64,000 nt of DNA from positions 992,001-1,056,000 of the forward strand of contig JBBPEB010000027.1 in the NCBI GenBank assembly GCA_039096225.1. Reading direction: 5' to 3'. The stretch comes from Blastocystis sp. Blastoise (Eukaryota; Protista; Bigyra: Opalinata). The stretch's first letter is position 1. The number at the start of each line of letters is the position of its first letter. Below, in pieces: positions 17,866-30,777 of this stretch. The translations under genes and the position numbers were made by a program. Under the pieces are notes generated by a model. The model was not told where the DNA came from and did not search any database. It saw only the letters and a list, made by a program, of their open reading frames with translations.

Positions 17866-19161
17866 TAGAGATTTACAAAAAACCGTATATGAATATATCA
17901 CCGGTTTTTTTTTGAGAAAACCGTATATACGGTTTTTTATTTTACTTATATCTCTTTTAATGTTTTTTTTTTATTGTTTATTAATTATGTATATTCATAA
18001 GAATTATAGTTGTAATAGAAAGAAACTTAGAAAAAAAAGAAACAATTCCATTTGTTGACATTGTTCACAAAGTATCTTCGAATTTATTGTTTACTATATT
18101 ATGATAATGTTAATTATGTTATGTATATATGTAAAAACTAATATTGTTGAAATACTCATGATATAAGTACTATTTTATAAGCAATTAATTATTTAATTTG
18201 ATATTTTTTATACTATAATATTTCTCCTTTACTATAAATGCTATTTAATACACAATAAACTAATATAATCAACATTTGATGAGCTTTAAAAAACTACATA
18301 TTCTGTGAAATGTTTTTAATATCTTTCAGATTAATGTGCTCTATCATGTCAACATCTTCATAAATAATTACATATCATAAATGATAACTGATATTACATT
18401 TTCACTAATTGTACATTGATTCTATTTTTATTTGACTCATTAATAGTAGTAATGATTCATTTATACTTTATATCTCTCTATATAAATATTTCATGCTTTT
18501 AATATAGCTATAACTAGTATTTAAGAGAATAAAAAACATCATTCATTTTATGATAGATAAATTTCAATGAAATTATAATAATATTATAAAATACATTGAG
18601 AAGTGATGATATATATCATATTATGTAATTATTTATAATATAGAGTCAAATATAGCCGATAATGTAAAAAAATGTTATAGTCACGGATTCATTGTATTTC
18701 CAAAAGAAGTTACTTCATTTTATATTGATAAACGCAGATTAGAGTATTGAATAAGAACAATTAACTGATTCAATCAAAATGGACAAAAAGTGATTACTAT
18801 CAATAGAGTTTAATCTACCCATAACTTGCTTGAGATTATCAGAAACAGTTATTATATGTTTGTAATATGACTAGATTAAGCTTAAATCTCTTTATTGTCT
18901 ATATAATCTAATTAATAATAAAATATTTCTAAAAGAATATCAAGAAATAACTTAAATATATGAATAAGCCTGATATAACACTTATAAAACAAAAAACAAT
19001 TTTAAAAAATTAATATTTGACTTTATATAAGTAAAATAAAATTCATATACGGTTTTAAAACCGAATATGGAATTTTGACTGAGAAATGAAAAAACCGTAT
19101 ATACGGTTTTCTCTTAAAAAAAGCGGTGATATATTCATATACGGTTTTTTGTAAATCTCTA
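17866..19161. mobile_element. Non-autonomous hAT-superfamily DNA transposon (1296 bp)
   Basis: 73-bp TIRs 17866-17938 / 19089-19161 (3 mismatches, first 38 bp identical), starting TAGAG (fits the hAT YARNG consensus). 8-bp target-site duplication GTTTTTGT at 17858-17865 and 19162-19169. Repeated CCGTATAT sub-terminal motifs. No transposase ORF. Confidence 0.9.
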
Positions 19162-19231
19162 GTTTTTGTGACAAATGCTTACATAAACAAGGGAAAACAA
19201 CAATATTTATTTAATTAGCATTATTTCATTA

Positions 19232-20874
19232 ATGGTGAAAGAAAAGGAGTTATTTGATACTGATAAATTTAATATATTGAAAGAGGATATCAATGTATAT
19301 GAAGAATTGATGAAAGACGTAGTTAATGTTTTCTCAGCTGTAATGAATCTTGGGATTCATTCTGGAATGTCAATTAATAGACTTATTAAGCATATTGGAA
19401 ATGATTGTATTGAAAAAGAAGGTGAAAAAAATGAATTTGAAAAAAATGTGTTTATGAAAGTAATAATTATGAGAATATGAAGATGGGTATGAATAATAAT
19501 AATGATAATGATATGGATTTGATACGATTTACGAATAATGGTCCTATATTTCAAATATCGAAATCTGTTTTAGATTCTTTGAAAGGTTCTTTTATTGAAG
19601 AGCAGCGTGATGAAGAAAAAAGAACGAATGATGGATCTATATATCTTGATTATCCTGGAAAAGATGTTTTTATTTATTATTTATTAGATTATGTGAATGG
19701 AGAGAAAGTAAATTTTGATTCTTTTTCTTATGAAGAACAATTAGGATTATTAGATTTATTTGAATTTTGTGGCTTAGTGATTCCTTTAGAATTAATAGAT
19801 TGTAGAGAAAGAAGAGATACTAAGAAAAAGAAATATGAATTAGATGATAAAGTTGATTTGATTATTACTGGAAAGAAAAATGATATTATAAAGAAATATT
19901 TAATAAATAATAATTTATGGATTGATTGTATACTAGAATATGATAATGGATTTATTGATTATAATCATATAGATGATAGTTTATATATGAATAAGGAATA
20001 TGAATATATTGAATATATTATGGAACTTGCAAAGAATGGATTCTATATTATAAATAATGATAATAATGTTGATAAAGAAGTATTAGAGAACGAAATATCT
20101 GAATTACTGAATATAAATGAAATAGATTTAGATTGTGGAAGATAATTACCTATAATTTTTGCGGAATCTACTATTCTTAATAAAGTATTAGAGATACCTT
20201 TAGTCAGTTGGTTAGGGAAAGAGAAAAGATGGAAATTATTATTTAGGTATATTTTTATATTGGTTTATTTGTTATATATATATATATATATATATTAATG
20301 TAATAATATATCTATCAATATTTTCTATTTAGTAATAAATTAATTAAACTATTTATAAGCATATAAAAAGAATAATTTGTTAATTAATGTATATTATCAT
20401 ATATATAGAGCAAGTGAACATAATTATTCTGGGGAAGAATTTAATAGACTTTGTTATCATCATGGAGAAACAGTGACTATAATTAAACATATAGGCCATG
20501 ATAATCATATTAATATATTTGGAGGATATACAGATCAAAATTGGTCTCAACCAGTTTATAATAAGAATTATGAAAATGAGTTTATTTTTACAATATGTAA
20601 TGAACATAATATTCCTCCTACTAAATATGATTATTTTGGTGGTCCATGTTGTGGTCGTTGGTGTCACTTACATAATAATGGTCCTTACTTTGGAGGTTAT
20701 CAAGATATCCGTATATCAGATTTTTGTCATACAAATCATTGTTCTTGTTGTTCTACTAATAATTTTGAAACTAAAAAAACTTCTAAAAAATCCTCATTAT
20801 TTGTAAATACTAATGATGCTGATTCTACTAATTACTTTACAGTAGAAGATTATGAAGTATGGGAAAGAGCCTAA
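19232..20874 (+). pseudogene. BTB-like + TLDc domain protein, apparently pseudogenised
   Basis: BTB-like segment (LIRFTNNGPIFQISKSVLDSLKGSF...IYLDYPG) and TLDc (WKLLFR|ASEHNYSGEEF...IFGGYTDQNW...GPYFG...FTVEDYEVW). One frameshift near the A7 run 19440-19446 and an in-frame TAA at 20143-20145, after which the frame continues; intron 20247-20408. Confidence 0.75.
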
Positions 20875-21393
20875 AATATATTTATATATCTATTCATTAT
20901 GTTTTTTTTATTGATTCAATTATAGTTATTTTCAAATTTATATATCAGTATATTGTTGTAATAAAATTTTGTTTAATATTTAAATGAAACGAAAGAACTT
21001 TTATGTTTAATCAAATAGTAACAATATATATATATATAATAGATTGCACAAAAATGTTTTGTATTCAATATATTTCAAGGTCAAAGGATAGAATTGATAT
21101 ATAATAATTGTTCGAAAAATATTAAAAAAAAAAAAAAGTGTAATTAGTATTCAATTGTATTAATATGTTCTGAAAAGAAATCAGTTGTTTTCATGGAAAT
21201 TGTATGCAAAAGAGGAATGTATTGGATAAAAAAATGTTTTTTGATTGAATATATAACAAAGTAACTTATTTTTATAATAAATATAGAAGTAGAAATAAAA
21301 ACAAATTAAGATGAAAAATGATATGTAATATAATAAAAACAAACAAGAATGAATAAGAAATAGATTATATATATATGCTGATAATAATCGTGA

Positions 21394-21747
21394 TTATTCC
21401 TTTTTTACCCGTTTAATTCGTGTATCTCGTGGGTCAAAACCTTCTTCGTTACTTCCATATATAGCCCAAGACTATACATATATAGAGTATAACATAATAA
21501 TTAATGAATATTATATATAGAGAAACCATAGAAGATAATAATAATAAAAATAATTCTAATATATATAGATATATATTTATATACAGGTGTAGGAATAGAA
21601 TAATCCAAAGCTGAAAATTCTTTTCCTTCTTCTTTCCATACTTTATATAATGATTGAAATCTATATATATTTATATATAATTATATATATGATTATCATC
21701 ACAATTATTATAATTATTATCTGAGATATTGTTATTATTAATAATTC

Positions 21748-21795
<48 letters not shown>

Positions 21796-22016
21796 TATAC
21801 TTATCAAAATCAATCCATGTATACCATTCTCCGTTAATATGAAATTTCTTGTGAGTAATTAATACACTACAACTATGAGCATGCTCGCAACACAATTCAT
21901 AATCGTCCAATAAGGAAGCGAGTTTCACACCGTATTCTTTTACCTATTATATATATTATTAATATTATTATTTCTTTAATATATATAATTATAATATATA
22001 TATATAGTCACCATTA

Positions 22017-22055
<39 letters not shown>

Positions 22056-22187
22056 TTCAGAATGCCAAGGGCAGTTTTCCATCGATAATCGACATCCCTG
22101 ACCAGAGAAAGTCATTCCTATATATATATATATATAAATAATGAAAATACACAAATTAATTAATTCAATGATAATAATAATAATAAT

Positions 22188-22266
<79 letters not shown>

Positions 22267-24957
22267 TATATATACCTTTTAATTCAATAAACGAAGGTTG
22301 TGCTGTTTCCGCAAGTTTAGCAACTCCCTCTATATCATCCATATTATAACCTTTAACTAAAGTAATTCGAAGAACAGTTCTCTCTTTTCTTTGACTTAAA
22401 TTTTGAATACTTTTTAAAAATCGTTCCCAGTAATCTCTGAATAAAGGTCGGTCTAATTTACGTAGTCCCGCGGGAGTACTTCCATCGAGGGAGAGATAGA
22501 GTTGTGTTACTGGATTTAATTTTAATAATTCGTCAGGAAATTGAGAATTACTAACTAAAAATGAAGATGTATGATGCCTATATATATGTATATATATATA
22601 ATAAAATATTATATAAAAAAAACAGTTATATAAATGAATTATAAATATATATAAAATAATGACTTTAATATATATTATTATATATTAATACATGATATCA
22701 AAACTAGTAATAATAATAATAATATTATATATATATATACTCATGAAGAAGATCGATTAGTTTATTGATTTGAGGATACATAATAGGTTCTCCAATAAGA
22801 GATAAAGCGCAATGTTTAATACCCATGGCTTCCTTTAATCGTGAAGTATCTACACCTTCAGAACCTCCAAATATACGTAATAACTTCTATATATATATAT
22901 ATATAGAGGAATATGAATATGAAGAAGAATAATTATATTGATTGAATATAATATATATAATAATAATTATTATTATATATATTGTAATAATAAGCCTAAT
23001 AATAATAAATATATATATATATATATATATATACTTGATATCCTTGGATCATTCCTGGTAATATATCTTCAGCATTATCTTCTTTCCATTTCCATTCTCT
23101 CCCCGTGGGATTACTGTGATGACGCCAACAGAATAAACAACGGTTAGCACATGCTAATGATGACGTAGCTTCCATGCATGACGCACTATTTAAACCATAA
23201 AACGTATGCTTATAACAAGCGCCATTCCCGCGGAGATGTGTCTTTGTCCATCGACATAACTTTACTGCACTATATATTAGTATTATTATTATTATTATTA
23301 TTATTAATATTAATATAATATTATTATTAATATAATATTGAATATGGATACAATAATATTGAATATGTATAAAATACTATATATATATATACCTATGTGT
23401 TCCAACACATATATAGCCCTGTTTTGTAAGTATTTTACGAAGTGATGGAGTCAATTGCTCATTCTCTCCCTATACAAATATAATATAATATAATATAATA
23501 TTATATAATATAATATTATATAATATAATATTATATAATATAATATAATAATATATATAATGACAGAAAAAACTATATATATATACATTAACTATTTCAT
23601 CTTCACCAAATGCAAGATCTTCAATATCCCCTATATATATATATATAATATTAATAATAATAACTATAATAATAATAAAATACCTTCATCAGCTTGGTCT
23701 AATTCTCTATATATACATATAAATAATAAATTTAAAAAACAATTATATATATATAATAAATTTCATAATTTTACCTTTCTTCTTTTTCCTTGTACCATAA
23801 TTGAATACGTCGTTTGACTTTAATGGGGAGGAGACTTCGGACTCTAAAGGTAGGGAATAGATTATATATAAAATAAGTGAATTTAATTGAAATTATTAAT
23901 ATATATATAGAATAATAATATATTCAATATACAATAATAAATATTATTACTATATATATATACGTTTCAAGAATAGGAGCAATAGTAATATCTTTAATAT
24001 CATGTTCAAATCCTGTTTTAACGGATTTTGTACCTACGCACGTGCAGGAATCTTCAGAATTTGTACACGAACACTCTTTCGAAATATTATCTTCTTCTTT
24101 AGAACATGTACATTGAGTTTCTTCTTTTGATTGGATAGAAGTCACCTGCTCATCGTTTACACTTGGAGAATCCACGGTTTTGATTGGTTGCTTAAGAGGA
24201 ACAAGAGAGGGATATATTAAATAAATAATATTTGTTAATAAATAAGAAGTCCAAGCTGATACTATATTTGTCTTATCTGTTAAACAATTATAAAAATCAT
24301 AATCAATGAGTTCTTTTGCTCCTAAATTACAGAGATTCAAATAAACAGAAGGACTATATATTAAAATAATAATAAAACATATATATTATATATAATAATA
24401 ATATATACATTTAAAAGAATATATATATATTTAAAATAATAATAATAATATATATATTCAAAATCACAATAATATATTTAACAAAATAATAATAATATAT
24501 TAACAAAATAATAATAATATATTAACAAACAAAAAAAAAGATATATTTAACAAAAAAATAATAAATCATAAGCATACCAAATTGTACAATCCATTTCAAC
24601 GTTTGTTAATACGCCTATATATTTCCCTTTAAGTGTGCTATGTGGATATCGGTGGTCTCCATCCTTATCTTCTATATCAATCAATAAATGAGGATGTTCT
24701 TCAGTAGTGAGATCGCTATTATGATCAGGCAAATAAAAAAGAATGATATCCTCTTGAAGAAAGTTGTCGAGACTTATTTTTTTGTTATTGATATTCTCAC
24801 TTCTGTACTTGATAGGAAGACCAAGAGAGGCACATTTATTAAAGCTTTCATCGATAATTTTAACAGAAGTTGCATCCTGATCACTTATTTGCATCCAACT
24901 ATTAATTAACATAGAATTTGACTATGATTTGACTTACAGTAGAACAATTTGAATCAT
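21394..24957 (-). CDS. TYW1: tRNA wybutosine synthesis radical-SAM enzyme TYW1 (multi-exon)
   Basis: LTKQGY..VGTHSAVKLCRWTK..LRGNGACYKHTFYG...CMEATSSLACANRCLFCWRHHSNPTG (CxxxCxxC); HCALSLIGEPIMYP; DRPLFRDYWERF; CEHAHSC; EGFDPRDTR. N-terminal flavodoxin-like region is degenerate. Confidence 0.95.
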
Positions 24958-25505
24958 TGATATTTGTTATTTCAAATAGAAAAAGGGTCAAGAAAAATTG
25001 TTTATGGATCGAAAAATATTATTTTTCAGCGACATTTGTATGCAGAATCGTAGAACTAGAGAAATTTCATTTTTAAAGAATTTCGTTTCTTTTAAAGTGT
25101 AAAGAGGTAAATTTGTGTTAATATATACATCTAAATAGAATAAGTAGGATCTAGATTGTTTCATAGAGCTCTCATGTCCTCATTTAGAAAAAAATTCCAT
25201 TTTATTTGTGATCGATGATGTGTTTTTTGAGATACACAAGTTCTGTAGACAATATAGAGATAAAAATATATTAGAATAATTGATATATAAAAGGAAAAAA
25301 TGAATAAAATATGATTTCCATGAGAAATATAAAAAATATAGTGAAATAGGATATTTTCTCACGGGATATCGAATAAATATGGATAAGACATTTTTTAGAT
25401 ATTGTTTTTATATCATTTTAAGTTGAATAGAGTATCCGTAATCTTCTTTTTGTAAGTTTGATTAATTTTTCAATATTAGTTTATCTAGGGTTGTGAATAG
25501 AAAAG

Positions 25506-28500
25506 ATGAATTCTATAAAATATGATACATTTGCTTCTGAAGTTGAGAAATTGAGAAGTTGTATAGATCAGAATAGTCAATTATCTGGACATATGTGTGA
25601 GGGACTTGATGACATGAATCAAAAATTGAGTTCTATTGAAAAATATATGACCAAATTTAATTCTGATATTTTACCTTTAAAGATAGCTAGAGGTAACTTG
25701 AGTGATTATATGGATGAACTTAGTCAAATTCAATATCATTTCGATACAGTTGCTCGTACTGCTGCTTCCTTAGAAGTTGGAAGTCTTCCAGCTCACCCTA
25801 AAGAGTATGTTTTATTATTGATTTTTTATTTTTAATAAATATTTATGTATATATTTTTTTGTTTTGTTTATATATTTTTTTGTTTATATATATGTTTATG
25901 TATATTTATTTATATATGTAGATATACAGATGCTATGATAGATGTTCATAATTCGATTTTATACTTAGAACCTCATCCTGAATGGAAGAGTCAACCTCAT
26001 ACAATTAGTTTATTAATAGATATTAATATAAGATCTTTAAAGGAATGTACAGAAGAATTTAATAGATATCTTTCAGGTGACAATGTATATATATATATAT
26101 AGAAAAGAAATATTATTATTATATATAATGGTAATAAGATTATTATAATGTTATTTATAATGGTATTCATAATAAATATAAACTAGTATTATTATTATAT
26201 ATATATATTCATAATAAATATATACTAATATTATTATTATTATATATATTCATAATAAATATAATATTAATGATATTATTATTATATATATTCATAATAA
26301 ATATAATACTAATAATATTATTATTATATTTATATTCATAATAAATATAATCATACTAATAATATTATTATATATATATTCATAATAAATATAATACTAA
26401 TAATATTATTATTATATATATTCATAATAAATATAATACTAATGATATTATTATTATATATATTCATAATAAATATAATACTAATAATATTATTATATAT
26501 TTATATTCATAATAAATATAATACTAATAATATTATTATATATATATTCATAATAAATATAATCATACTAATGATATTATTATATATATATAGATCATAA
26601 CCAATGAGACTAATCCTCCTAGTGCTAATACTTCTGTTGCTCTTAACGGTATTCCTAATGATAAGATCGAGTATATAAAGACTATTATTGATACTATGAT
26701 TACATGCCAAGAAACATCACTTGAAACATATTATATACAAGCAAGAAGTAAATATTTTATTAATGTTATTGATTATTATGTTAATGCCAAAATACAAGAT
26801 AAAAAGTATGTTTTTATTATTATTGTGTTCTTTATTATTATTATTTGAATGCATTATCTATTCTATTTTGTTTATATGTATATATATAGAGAAGATACAA
26901 TGTTACAATCCGTTGCTTATTGTTTTGCTCATTTATATGAATATGTTACTGTATATATTTTATATATTAATATTTTTTATGTTATTTTTATAATTATTTT
27001 TTGATATTTTTATAATTATTTTTTGATATTTTTATAAATATTTTTATAATTATTTTTATAAATATTTAGAGTGAATGGCAATTATTATCTTTATTATTTT
27101 CTGATGAGAAAGCAAATGAATTGATTGGACAAGTCCTCGCGGAACCTATTCATTATGTATATTCTTATATTATATATATCTTTTATCTTTGTTTTATCTT
27201 ATTTTATCTTTTTTTTTTCATTTTTTTTCTTATTTTATCTTTATTTTATCTTTATTTTATATTTATATATTTATATATATATAATAATAATCTTATTCAT
27301 TCAATTTATATTCTAATATACTTTTCAAATAAATTAAATTTTTTTTTTAAATAACTGAATACTATTATATATATATATAGATTGAAAAGCAACTTTCTTC
27401 TTCTTATATGTCACTTCAAAAGCAATCTTCGGTCACTTATGAAGATATTAATAATATGATTATCTATATATGTGATGGTCTATTCTCTCTCTCTAATGCT
27501 CTTCCTCTTTATACTAAATTCTTAACTGTATATTATTTATATTATAATATTATTATTTATTAGTAATATTAATTTTATTCTATTTTTTTAGAATATTAAA
27601 TTCTACATTATTCTACACTTTATATATATATATAAATTATAATATATATAGTCTGTCAATAGTGAATCCTTATTAGATATGATTAATAATATTCTTAAAG
27701 ATTTACATGTTTATGTATATACGTTATTAGTTAAATCGGTAACACAATTACAATTATATGGAGAAAAGAATTCGATATCTATCTGTGACGATGGCTCTGT
27801 CAATAAAGTTACAACTACTGTATGTATTATTATTATTATTTAGTATTATTATTTTTTTTATGATTATTATTTAGTATTCTTATAATTATTATTTAGTATT
27901 ATTATTATTATTTAGTATTATTATTTTTTTTATGATTATTATTTAGTATTCTTATAATTATTATTTAGTATTATTATTATATTATATAGTTACTATCCTT
28001 AATATAATTATATATAATAATCTGTTAATATAGGCGATTTCTTTATTAAGTGAATTAATGCCCTATATAAAGATATTACCTGATATATTATTACCTTATG
28101 AACAAGTAGATATCCCCGATAAGAAGTTCTATGTATTCGATGATGCTGTTCAACTCTATTTTAGTATATATATATATATTATTATTATTATTATTGTTTT
28201 ATTAATCAAATTATATATTATTATATATATACATTGTGTTTAGTATATCTTTTTTTCATTATATATATAAATATAAATATCTATATATGTATATTATATA
28301 CATATATATATAGCTATTTATCTTGCTCGTCTTCAAGAATTATTAAAATGTTCTGCTAAAAATAATACAAATGTCGTTTTATGTCATTTTTATCTTGCTA
28401 ATAACTATGATTATGTGTATATATATATTATTTACTTTTTATTATTTATATAATACTTATTACAAAAAAAATTATTACTAAAATTATATATATTATATTT

Positions 28501-29209
28501 ATTACTCAAATAACAATTATTATATAATAGTTGTGAACATTTTACAAGTATTGCTTCTTGTGTATCTCAGAATATGTTAGATATGTATAAGGACTTATTT
28601 AATGATGAATTCAAAAACTATGAAATATTAACGTATATATTATAAATCATTCTATATTTTATTATTTATTAAATAATATATCTTTATTTAAAACACAATA
28701 TAGTTGGTCTAAAATAAAAGATATTTTATCTTCTGAGCCAGATCTCGTCTATATATCAAATGATAAATTAGATGAAGATTCTAAAGTAGCTATTAAAGAT
28801 GTCTTCAGAGTATATACATATATTAATATTAATCTTATATATATATCAAATATTATTTTTTTTTAACAATATACTATTGTATATAGTCATTTATTCATAA
28901 ATTTGATCAACTTATTGATGAAGAATCTAAATGGACAATTGTGTCTCAGTCATTAAAACAACGATATATGGATATTATTCTACCTATAGTACCTCTATAT
29001 CAATATGTCTATGAAAAGTATATTCATTATATTCAGTTATATATTTTATTATTATCATTATTGTGTTTATATCCTATTTATATATATTTTTTTAAATATA
29101 TAGATATGCAAACACTCATTTCACAAAGAAAGGTGTGAAAATCTACTTAAAATACAAGCCAGATAATGTTGAAAATAGAATCAAAACACTCTTCTTTTCT
29201 TCTAACTAA
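25506..29209 (+). CDS. EXO70: Exocyst subunit Exo70 (multi-exon)
   Basis: N-terminal coiled coil (..LDDMNQKLSSIEK..ILPL...GNL); CDDGSVNKVT; FYLANNYDY; C-terminal AIKDVFRSFIHKFDQL...WTI...IVPLYQYVYEKY..HFTKK..IYLKY.PDNV. Confidence 0.85.
26165..26590. repeat. Intronic minisatellite, ~42-46-bp unit (TATATTCATAATAAATATAATACTAATAATATTATTATTATA)
   Basis: About 10 imperfect tandem copies inside an EXO70 intron. Confidence 0.85.
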
Positions 29210-29449
29210 GTTAAAATTATATAGCTTGTATATATTTTTGTGATATCGAATAGTTATTGTACAATAATTAGATCAACTTTTTTTTTAGTATTTTTATATA
29301 TATATTTTCTTGTTGCAAATTGTCTTTTCTTTATTGTATTATCATTATAAATCATCAATCAATAATTTGGTTTTGCTAAATTTATTTTTTTAAATATCAG
29401 AAAGAAAATTTAAAAAATTGTATAAAAAAAATTAAGATTAAAAAACGAA

Positions 29450-30239
29450 ATGAGTTGTGATGCAGAAAGTATTAAAACGTAAATAATTCATTTTTGAGTA
29501 TAGCATATCATATTATAGTCCCTCGTTCACGTGGGGAGAAGATAAAGAGATCTTTTACTCAAAATTAGTTCCATGGGTCAAAGCAATTGTTGAAAATGAA
29601 TCGGATTATGTTGCTAATTTATCCAATATTGCAGCTGCCGTATATTCTGCAATCAAGTAATTTTGGTTTTTCTAATACTAATTAATACTCTAAAGACAAT
29701 CTCGTGGCGAGACAGGTACTAATTGGTATGGATTCTATATAATGAGACAAAATAAAGGAAAGTCTCAACTTGTATTTGGTTATAAATTTATTTATTGATA
29801 TTCATTAATGCTCTTATTATAGGTTTTGGGACCATTTAATGGGAAGATAGCTAGTCGAAGAATTAATTTAGAAAATGGTGTTTGTGGAGCTGCAGCAAGA
29901 ACTAAAAAAACTCAAGTATGCATATAATTGATAGTATCTATATAGTCAAACTAATTTAGAATATGAATAGAATAATAAAATATATATATAGTTAGTAAAA
30001 GATGTTCATAAGTTTCCGGGTCATATTGCTTGTGATTCGAATTCGAATTCTGAAGTATATATATATATATTTTTTTTAATAATATATTTTTTATTATTAA
30101 GCGTATATATAAATTTTATAATTCTATGTATATATAAATATAATAATATTGTAGTTGGTTGTTCCATTATTTTATAATGAGAATGTTGTAGGTGTTATGG
30201 ATATGGATTCCCCTCTTCTTGGAGGATGGGATGAAGTAT

Positions 30240-30275
<36 letters not shown>

Positions 30276-30566
30276 TAATCGTGATTATTATATAAATATA
30301 TTATAATTAATTGTTCTATTGATTTGTTTTTTTTTATAATTTATTAAGATATATATATAGACAGATCAACATTATATGGAACAAATTGCTTCTATAATTA
30401 GTACTGTATATATATACATATAATAATAATAAATAATGATAAATATATGTATAGTCTTGTGAATGGACAAATGAATATAAGCGTATATATATATATATAT
30501 ATAATAAATAATACTAATAAAAATATATATTTACTTATAGCATCAAAGTTTTGTGTCAAAATATAA
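29450..30566 (+). CDS. msrC: Free methionine-R-sulfoxide reductase (GAF-domain fRMsr/MsrC), multi-exon
   Basis: VANLSNIAA; NWYGFY; LVLGPFNGKIAS; GVCGAAA; VKDVHKFPGHIACDSNSNSELVVP; GVMDMDSP. Confidence 0.92.
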
Positions 30567-30777
30567 AATTAAAGTTGTGTATTCTTTATATACATTTATT
30601 CTTAATAGAATAGTAATGAAATCTATATTTCGTGATATACATATATTTAGTTTTGTTTGTATATAATAAAAAGAGTATTATTAATCAAAACAATACTATT
30701 TATGTATATAAATAATTTTAGATAATAATATATACAAAAAAAATATTAACACAAATAATCATATAAAAATATATAAA

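Noticed and set aside
17940-19085. Transposase remnant inside the hAT element
   Set aside because: Only short stop-interrupted frames with no recognisable BED/DDE/dimerisation motif; a TBLASTN/HMM search is needed.
20143-20145. TAA reassignment or alternative genetic code
   Set aside because: All intact genes here end in TAA and have no internal TAA; this single case is better explained as a pseudogene lesion.
26165-26590. CRISPR-like array
   Set aside because: Units are directly tandem without unique spacers and lie in an intron of a eukaryotic gene; this is a minisatellite.
30552-30566. CaaX prenylation box (CVKI) at the fRMsr C-terminus
   Set aside because: Lys at a2 is unfavourable and the last micro-exon is only inferred.
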